Below, piece by piece: positions 39,779 through 46,235 of a stretch of 46,235 nucleotides of DNA. Location of the stretch: sequence record DRR723986_3483; one strand, 5' to 3'. Below the pieces are notes generated by a model. The model ran no database searches. It was not told the origin of the DNA and saw only the letters and a program-made list of their open reading frames with translations. The translations under genes and the position numbers were made by a program. Within the stretch, counting starts at the first letter, position 1, and each line of letters starts with the position of its first letter.

Positions 39779-42700
39779 TTAAAATGTCAGATTCAAACCA
39801 GCAGTCCATTGTCTCAATCGCGGATATCCACCCCAGTATCTACCATCCGTCCCTACTTCAGGATCATACCCGTTGAATTTGGAAAACGTGAAGAGATTGG
39901 CAGCATTCATAGACAAGCGTAAACGCATCGCCTTTGGCAAATCAAAATTGTAACCCATGTTCAGGTTTTGAATTCTTACAAAGGATCCATCTTCAATCCA
40001 CCAATCAGAAAACTTCACCTGTCTGCCGTCTTTTAGACTTGGATATTCATTCGTAGGATTATCAGGAGTCCAGCGGAATGGAGTAATGCTTGGCTGGTTA
40101 AATGCCTGAGTATTTAGCACATCGTTACCAAACACCCCATTTAGAAAAACGCTTATATCAAACTTCTTATAGGTCAGTGCAAGGTTTAAACTAGCTAGGA
40201 AATCAGGGTTTGGATTTCCGATGATAGTACGGTCATTTTCATCCACACTGCCATCTCCATTGATATCCACATATTTATATTCACCTGGCTGAGCAAGGTC
40301 ACCTTCCAGACCTGCAAGCACACCTTCTTCCAATGTCTGAACGATACCATCAGCTTTGTACCCATAAAATACATTTACAGGCTGGCCTACTGCAAGGAGA
40401 TTAGGAAATCCTCTAAACTGCTCGATGCTATTTCCAGAATATTGGAACTGCATACCTGTATTTGGATCGGTGATCAAGCCGGATTCCTCTGGATTCCCAA
40501 GACTCGTAACCTCATTTCTGTTTTGGAAATAGATCAGTGTTGCGTTCAAATTCAAATCCTTGGTTTGGATCAAATCGGTTCCTACTGTAAGCTCAATTCC
40601 TCTGTTAGTAATGGATCCGTTATTGATCCACATTCGATCATACCCTGATGAAAGTGGCAAAATTCTCTCCTGAAGAAGGTTGTCCGTATTCTTCTGATAG
40701 TAATCAAAAGTCACGTTCAACTTACTGTCAAAAAGAGAGAAGTCAACTCCCGCATCAAACTGGGCTGTAGTCTCCCATTTCAGATCCGGGTTTGGAATCC
40801 CTCCCCATAGCACTTCTATTCCTGATTGTCCAGTTCTTCCTACCTCGATACCAGGGCCGATTGCAGTAATCCAATTCCCGTTATTGAAGTAATTACTCAC
40901 CCCATATCTGCTAAGTGTTTGATATGGTGAGATTCCTTGATTTCCCGAAATACCATAACTTAACCTAAACTTCAGTTGGTCGAAAACATTCATTTGTTTT
41001 ATGAATTCTTCTTCATGAGCTTTCCAGCTCAACGCTCCTGAAGGGAAAAACGCCCACTTATTGTTCTCCCCAAATTTGGAAGAACCATCTGCTCTGGAAG
41101 TGAAGGTGAAAAGATACTTCTCGTCAAAAGTATAATTGAATCTAAAGATCCCAGAAACCAATTCAGAAGCTACCAATCCATTACTTACTCTGTTAAGTTC
41201 CAAATTTCCCGCTCCCAAATTCTCATTGTTTAGCGTTTCATTCACAAAATCAAATGCACCCAGGTTAGAAGTTCTTGATTCATCATTTTGATAAGAATAG
41301 CCAAGAGTAGCTCCAAAGTCATGCTTTCCAAATACCTTTCTATAGTTAGCAAAAGTCTCACTCACAACTGTACTTCCCTGCCAATTGTTGATATATGCCG
41401 CGCCATTATTAAACTGCCCCGCTTCTGTATAGCGCTTTGGCTGATACACATCATTGATGCTGGTACCAAACTTGAAGTTCAATCTAGAATTAATAGTAAG
41501 TGAAGGAATTACCTCCCACTCTACGTCCAAAAAGGACAGTAAATCGAGCGTTTTGGACTCATTCTTACGATTCTCAGTTATTGCTACTGGATGACTGAAA
41601 TCATTGCTGTTCAGCATATAGTAACCTCCAGACTCATCATATACAGGCCAGACAGGACTTCTCCAGTAGGCTAAACCACCATTGGCATTGCGCTTCCCTT
41701 TTGTAAGAATATTTGAAAAAGTGATTTTAAGATTATCGAGAACCCGATGACTTATACTGAAATTCGTGTTGATTTTCGAGTAATCATCTTCAATCTGTAT
41801 CCCTTTGTCAGTAAAATATGCAGCACTAAGGTTAAAACTCGTCTTTTCGTTGCTGCTTGCGATGGTTAAGGTTGTGTTGTTTGAAATAGGTGCATCTCTA
41901 AAAACTATCTGATCCCATCGTGTATTGTATGGCCAGTCTCCATTAGAAAGTTCTTCTACTGAGGGATAGTAAATGCCTGATGGAGAAACCTCCCCTATAA
42001 AAACCGGTTCAAATCCACCATTTACCCTACTTTCATTATTCAGCTGAGCCATTAAAGCTGGATCTCTCCAGAGATTAAGTTCAGAGGTAAATTCTGAAAT
42101 AGTAAGCTGTTGACGAACACTGAAATTGGTTTGACCTTGCTTCGCCTTCTTGGTTGTGATCATAATTACACCATTCGCACCTCTTGAGCCGTATATCGCA
42201 GAAGCAGAAGCATCCTTCAATACTTCGACCGATTCAATATCAGCTGGATTGATCTGCTTCAATTCGCCCGCATCGCCTAATGGAAAACCATTCACAACAA
42301 CTAAAGGAGAATTCGATCCTCTTAAGGAACTTCCGCCACGAATCCTTACTGTAGAACCTGCACCAGGATCCTGGGATGGATTGATGATTTGCAAGCCAGC
42401 AGCCCGCCCTTGAAGTACTCTTTCCACAGAGTTAGCAGGTATATCCTGCACTTCTTCCATCTCTACTTGAGCAACAGACCCAGTGAGATCCTCTTTTTTC
42501 ACCACACCATACCCCACTACTACCACCTCATCTAAACTTTTTAGATCTTCCCGCATACGGATTTCAAGACGGGTGCTATTAGTTACAGGCACTTCCTGGT
42601 TTTCATAGCCTATGAATGAAACTACCAAAACAGCTCCCTGCTCAGGTACTTCCAGTGTAAATTCACCATCGATATTTGTAACAGTACCTACTGTAGTTCC

Positions 42701-43174
42701 CTTAAGGATTACTGTAGCACCAGGAATTGTCACCCCATCTGTGGCGGAAGTTACAACCCCAGAAATTGTCATTTCCCGGATCGAAACTTCAACAGTATTG
42801 CCCAATGTAGAAGTTGAGCTTACACTGATTGTATTGTTAATCTGTTTGAATTTGACTTTGTTCTCTCTGGCTATTCTTAGCAAAAGATCTTCCAGTGTAA
42901 GGCTTTGTTTGTTCAAAGAAAACCGTTGTTCCAAAAAGGAATCTTTGTTGTCGTAAACAAACACAAAGGGAGTTTCTTTCTCCAGTTTGCTAAATAGTTG
43001 ACTTAGCTTTTCATTAGTAAAGCCGACGCTGACTTTTACATCCTTCACGCTTTTTATATTCTGGGCATTTATCTCCGATGCAACAAGAACATTTATAAAG
43101 AAAATCTGTAAAATCAGCCCACATATTGAGTAGGTCAATCCCATGAGTAGTAGTTTTAGTACTCGTTTTTTCAT
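39779..43174 (-). CDS. susC: SusC TonB-dependent transducer with an N-terminal STN signalling extension (PUL3)
   Basis: Extra N-domain (LSQLFSKLEKETPFVFVY); LDEVVVVGYG; DIESVEVLKDASASAIYGSRGANGVIMITTK; terminal Phe. Confidence 0.96.
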   Translation of the reverse strand: MKKRVLKLLLMGLTYSICGLILQIFFINVLVASEINAQNIKSVKDVKVSVGFTNEKLSQLFSKLEKETPFVFVYDNKDSFLEQRFSLNKQSLTLEDLLLRIARENKVKFKQINNTISVSSTSTLGNTVEVSIREMTISGVVTSATDGVTIPGATVILKGTTVGTVTNIDGEFTLEVPEQGAVLVVSFIGYENQEVPVTNSTRLEIRMREDLKSLDEVVVVGYGVVKKEDLTGSVAQVEMEEVQDIPANSVERVLQGRAAGLQIINPSQDPGAGSTVRIRGGSSLRGSNSPLVVVNGFPLGDAGELKQINPADIESVEVLKDASASAIYGSRGANGVIMITTKKAKQGQTNFSVRQQLTISEFTSELNLWRDPALMAQLNNESRVNGGFEPVFIGEVSPSGIYYPSVEELSNGDWPYNTRWDQIVFRDAPISNNTTLTIASSNEKTSFNLSAAYFTDKGIQIEDDYSKINTNFSISHRVLDNLKITFSNILTKGKRNANGGLAYWRSPVWPVYDESGGYYMLNSNDFSHPVAITENRKNESKTLDLLSFLDVEWEVIPSLTINSRLNFKFGTSINDVYQPKRYTEAGQFNNGAAYINNWQGSTVVSETFANYRKVFGKHDFGATLGYSYQNDESRTSNLGAFDFVNETLNNENLGAGNLELNRVSNGLVASELVSGIFRFNYTFDEKYLFTFTSRADGSSKFGENNKWAFFPSGALSWKAHEEEFIKQMNVFDQLKFRLSYGISGNQGISPYQTLSRYGVSNYFNNGNWITAIGPGIEVGRTGQSGIEVLWGGIPNPDLKWETTAQFDAGVDFSLFDSKLNVTFDYYQKNTDNLLQERILPLSSGYDRMWINNGSITNRGIELTVGTDLIQTKDLNLNATLIYFQNRNEVTSLGNPEESGLITDPNTGMQFQYSGNSIEQFRGFPNLLAVGQPVNVFYGYKADGIVQTLEEGVLAGLEGDLAQPGEYKYVDINGDGSVDENDRTIIGNPNPDFLASLNLALTYKKFDISVFLNGVFGNDVLNTQAFNQPSITPFRWTPDNPTNEYPSLKDGRQVKFSDWWIEDGSFVRIQNLNMGYNFDLPKAMRLRLSMNAANLFTFSKFNGYDPEVGTDGRYWGGYPRLRQWTAGLNLTF

Positions 43175-43181
43175 AATTTTG
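43174..43181 (+). promoter_or_regulatory. Bacteroidetes -7 promoter element (TAnnTTTG) antisense to susC, overlapping its start codon
   Basis: TAATTTTG at 43174-43181; its first T belongs to the susC CAT; no clear -33 TTTG. Confidence 0.6.
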
Positions 43182-43185
43182 GTAG

Positions 43186-43257
43186 GTTTATTGTTAAATT
43201 ATAAGGGCAATGAATCGTATTAGACCGTATTGATTGGCAGATCAGTACGGTTTTTTT
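43186..43257 (+). ncRNA. Candidate cis-antisense PUL-repressing sRNA (donS-like), about 70 nt; start approximate
   Basis: Bounded by the -7 element and the hairpin ACCGTATTGAT-tggcag-ATCAGTACGGT + T-run (43224-43257); the G:U pair works only on the + strand. Confidence 0.6.
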
Positions 43258-43278
43258 ATGTCATATTAATTTTGGGTT

Positions 43279-44316
43279 TTAGTTGAACATTAGTGTCAAT
43301 TCTTTTTCTTTTAAGTCATACTTAAATCCTTTGTTATAAGCTATAGCGTCTAAAACATTTGTTAAGTACTCATTTTCAAAAGTCCCCATCAATCTCCAAT
43401 CTTTTTGAGGCACCCCAACTATTTTCACCGTGACTCCATACCACCGGCTTATTTCTGTTACAAAATCTTCCAGATTATCACCGTCAAATATTAATTTCCC
43501 ATTCTTCCAAGAAATGGCCTTGTCGAACATTGCAGAATTACTTTCCTTCGAAAATTCACGGAATACAGCAAGTTGTTTAGAATAGGAAACTCCGTTGGAA
43601 GGCTCAATTAGCAAACCTTCCCTGTTCGAATCTGCAGTGACATTGATCGAACCTTCCAAAAGTGAAATATTTATATCCTGCTGATTTGGAAAGGCGTTTA
43701 CATTGAATTTGGTACCAAGTACACGTACACTCACATTATCTGCGATCACTATAAATGGCCGATCACTGTCATGTTGCACATCAAAAAATGCTTCTCCCTC
43801 CAACTTGACAAGACGAACAGAGTCAGAAAACTTCTCCGGATAGGATATTTTACTATCGGCATTAAGCCAGACTTTGGAACCATCGGGAAGTTGAGCTTGG
43901 GATTTCTGACCAATAGGGTTATGCTTTTCTATTGTCGCTACTTCTACTTCAAAGGTCTGAGGAGCTGATAACCTTTCTCTTATACTAAATATTGCAGTGA
44001 CAGTTAGAAGCAACGAAATGGAAGCCGCAATGCTTATCCATCTTATTCTTCCGGATTTTTGTTTGACTGAAAGCAGTTCCGACGGTGAATCCGAAGAATC
44101 AAGGTATTGCTTCCATAACTTCTGCTTCTGAAACTCATGATTGATCAGCTTAGGGTCTGCAGTATCTTTCTCCCAATAGTCTTTCAGCTTATCAAATTGA
44201 TATTGATTTAAAGGAGATTCTTTCACCCAGACAAAAACCTTCTTTTTCTCAGAAAGGCTAGCCTGTCCGCTTAGGTAGCGGGTAATGAGTTGATTTATGT
44301 CTAATTCTTCGTCCAT
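43279..44316 (-). CDS. fecR: FecR-family anti-sigma factor
   Basis: LITRYLSG, one TM, LPDGSKVWLNADSKISYP, LEGEAFFDV, VLGTKFNV, WKNGKLIF. Confidence 0.93.
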   Translation of the reverse strand: MDEELDINQLITRYLSGQASLSEKKKVFVWVKESPLNQYQFDKLKDYWEKDTADPKLINHEFQKQKLWKQYLDSSDSPSELLSVKQKSGRIRWISIAASISLLLTVTAIFSIRERLSAPQTFEVEVATIEKHNPIGQKSQAQLPDGSKVWLNADSKISYPEKFSDSVRLVKLEGEAFFDVQHDSDRPFIVIADNVSVRVLGTKFNVNAFPNQQDINISLLEGSINVTADSNREGLLIEPSNGVSYSKQLAVFREFSKESNSAMFDKAISWKNGKLIFDGDNLEDFVTEISRWYGVTVKIVGVPQKDWRLMGTFENEYLTNVLDAIAYNKGFKYDLKEKELTLMFN

Positions 44317-44344
44317 GAAGGAAATGTGTCATGCTTGTAGAAGT

Positions 44345-44373
44345 AAAGACAGTAGAATCAATAAAATCCCGTA
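44345..44373 (-). promoter_or_regulatory. Possible ECF-dependent promoter upstream of fecR
   Basis: Minus strand reads TACGGG-N16-TGTCTTT, a bipartite arrangement about 30 nt before the fecR ATG; pattern recognition only. Confidence 0.3.
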
Positions 44374-44472
44374 ATGGATTTCTGGAATTTTTAAAAAATA
44401 TTATTGGAAACAATTTATCTATTTGATAATCAATTCAATAAAATCAAAAATAGATTATAAAAATGTAGGCTT

Positions 44473-45084
44473 TTAAATAAAAATAGATAGGAACCTTTGT
44501 TTGGATATAGGGATATAATCCCTGTGTTCTTCATAGTATTCCTTCAAAGAAACCCGAAGGTCTTTAATTGCAAGCTTCAAATGAACTTCAACAGTTCGTT
44601 CAGAAATTTCTAAAATCTCAGCAACCTCTTTGTGGGACATATTCTCATCCTTAACCATCTTGAACACAAGTCTCCTCTTAGGAGGTAAGGCCTGAATGAC
44701 TCGGTCAAGCAATTGCCCCAAATTAGTATTGATTAATGTTTTTTCTGGATCATTGCGCTCAGGAAGCAAGTAATCATTGATGTCATCAATTTGAATATTC
44801 CTAAGCTCTTCAGCTTTGGATCTTAAATGATTAAGAGATTTGTTCTTAACCATCTTAAAAAGGTAACCCTCAAAATTTCGGATTTCAAGTAGGGTTTCTT
44901 TTTTCTGAAGAAGCTTTAATAGCACCTCCGAAACCACGTCTTCAGCCAGATCATACCTAGGCAAAAAGAGCAAAGACAGATTTATTAGCCTAGTATGATA
45001 ATGGTCAAAAAATTCCGAAAATGCTTTTTCGTCATTTTTCTCAACTATTCGAGAAAGTAGGTGTCTTAATTTTATTGGGTTCAT
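44473..45084 (-). CDS. ECF RNA polymerase sigma-70 factor (Bacteroidetes PUL type)
   Basis: DEKAFSEFF, AEDVVSEV, YLFKMVKNKSLNHLR, LPPKRRLVF, SHKEVAEILEISERTVEVHL. Confidence 0.94.
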   Translation of the reverse strand: MNPIKLRHLLSRIVEKNDEKAFSEFFDHYHTRLINLSLLFLPRYDLAEDVVSEVLLKLLQKKETLLEIRNFEGYLFKMVKNKSLNHLRSKAEELRNIQIDDINDYLLPERNDPEKTLINTNLGQLLDRVIQALPPKRRLVFKMVKDENMSHKEVAEILEISERTVEVHLKLAIKDLRVSLKEYYEEHRDYIPISKQRFLSIFI

Positions 45085-45191
45085 TGAATACCAAATCTAA
45101 TAATTTTATTGGTTTTCAAAGTTTCTTCAAATTAGCCAATAGTTAACTCATTAATACTTCTACCATCCAATCAAACAGCCTCACACCATCC

Positions 45192-45521
45192 TTATTCAGA
45201 CTTCAAGCTGAATACAGGATTGACATAAGCAACTCTTAGTATCTGATATCCAACTGTAAAGGCTGCAATAACCAATGTACTGCCCCCTACCAAGACAAAG
45301 GTCCACACATCTAGCTTAATATTAAATTCAAAATCCTGGAGCCATTGATTCATAAACCACCAGCCAATCGGGGCGGCTATCAGAAAAGCAATCAAAATCA
45401 GTCTTACAAACTCTTGACCGAATAGCCAGATGATATGAACTTCTCCCCCTCCCATCACTTTCCATATGCCAACTTTTTTGGTCTTCTATGAAATCAAACC
45501 ATATAGTCCAAGGTATCCCAA
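45192..45521 (-). pseudogene. C-terminal relic of a MacB/FtsX-type ABC permease
   Basis: LGLYGLIS*KTKKVGIWKVMGG...F..LILIAFLIAAPIGWWFMNQWLQDF...NPVFSLKSE. In-frame TAG at 45486-45488, and several residues missing versus the usual GLYGLxSFxxxQxTKEIGIRKVLG. Confidence 0.85.
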
Positions 45522-45794
45522 TATTCTACAATCTCGAATTCCGTAAATTTAGCGGCATTATTGAGATTCCCGGATTAAACTTTTAGGATCTCCCCTATCA
45601 CCTTTCTCCAATCCTCTTCCCTATCGGAAATAATTTCCAACTCAGTTTCCAATTTATAGCATCGGGATTTTAAGCTCCTCGGCCTATTTCGGATAATCCA
45701 AAATATTGTCCTTGTAATTCTTAAACCAAGCCTTACAATCCGCCTCCGTTTTCATCTAAATTTCCCCTGGCCACCTTCCACTAACCCAAATGTG
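45499..45794 (-). pseudogene. Internal fragment of a GH113-like glycoside hydrolase gene, heavily decayed
   Basis: Manual translation: HIWVSGRWPGEI*MKTEADCKAWFKNYKDNILDYPK*AEELKIPML*IG/(frameshift)TELEIISDREEDWRKVIGEILKV*SGNLNNAAKFTEFEIVEYWDTLDY. Four stops and one frameshift. Confidence 0.78.
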
Positions 45795-46160
45795 AGTTCA
45801 TTATCCCATGTCTAGTAGGTATATAAAGCCACTCAAATACTAACGAAATAAAATATTTTGCGATTAAAACTAAAATCGCACAGTTTCCTGCTGTTGAATT
45901 GTCAAATTAAACCAGCAAGGTATCGTAAGACAAAATTTAAAGATATTTGAAATATGAATTTCATTATCTTTCAATAAAACAACTAATATCTAATTCTTTG
46001 ATCTAAACTAATTTCTAGTATATTTTTGAAAAAATTTAAATATTTCACTAACTTACTGAAAATTAATTAGTTACATTACTTAAAAATAGTTTTGCCTTAT
46101 TCGGTGACCTAAAGAATAACACGACTCATAATACATTGTATTTCAATAGTTTACAAGCTA

Positions 46161-46184
46161 AGGTTCGAATCCTGCCACCCCGAC
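46161..46184 (+). mobile_element. 3' fragment of tRNA-Pro, a probable att site at a genomic-island boundary
   Basis: AGGTTCGAATCCTGCCACCCCGAC is a T-arm plus 3' acceptor strand; no D-arm, anticodon arm or 5' CGGGG strand upstream. Confidence 0.75.
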
Positions 46185-46211
46185 AAAAGCCCTTCCAAGG
46201 GAAATCAAAAG

Positions 46212-46235
46212 CCTGTAAATCTACTGATTTACAGG
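46212..46235. repeat. Perfect 10-bp inverted repeat after the tRNA fragment (terminator or att-associated hairpin)
   Basis: CCTGTAAATC-tact-GATTTACAGG; the window ends before any T-tract can be seen. Confidence 0.65.

Noticed and set aside
1400-43968. Dozens of 60-145 aa ORFs overlapping the long genes
   Set aside because: Antisense or out-of-frame shadows of well-supported CDSs, with no family motifs
45192-45458. 88-aa ORF as a functional membrane protein
   Set aside because: Homology continues upstream through an in-frame stop; it is a permease fragment
46100-46184. Complete tRNA gene
   Set aside because: No D-arm, anticodon arm or complementary 5' acceptor strand upstream of the T-arm
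1-46235. CRISPR array, transposase, integrase, defence or toxin-antitoxin genes
   Set aside because: No regularly spaced repeats and no ORF with such motifs seen

Overview
Bacteroidota DNA (probably Cytophagales/Cyclobacteriaceae; inferred from gene content and lack of Shine-Dalgarno sites) almost entirely devoted to glycan use. From left to right: (1) a minus-strand oxidative operon (ThuA + PVC-type membrane-bound dehydrogenase protein, azurin-like copper protein, ThuA protein, Gfo/Idh/MocA oxidoreductase truncated at the edge); (2) a hybrid two-component system divergent from PUL1 (susC, susD, DUF3823, GH43, 696-aa PHP-like protein); (3) a sulfatase and a decayed susD; (4) PUL2 (susC, susD, DUF3823, GH71/99-like, GMC oxidoreductase plus Tat small subunit, unknown 424-aa secreted protein) divergent from a Kelch-TM-SARP-like regulator; (5) PUL3 (ECF sigma, FecR, susC, susD, lipoprotein, GH26); (6) a decay zone ending in a tRNA-Pro 3' fragment that looks like an att site. 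Four features are not shown by the ORF track: a donS-like antisense sRNA (promoter overlapping the PUL3 susC start codon plus a terminator), a GH113 pseudogene fused to an ABC-permease pseudogene at an apparent microhomology, a frameshifted and internally deleted susD relic, and LacI-type palindromes. The best candidate for a new system is oxidative (3-keto-type) glycoside processing linked to PULs, with a heme-less PVC-type dehydrogenase paired with a cupredoxin and uncharacterised secreted enzymes. All family calls come from motif recognition by eye; no searches were run.
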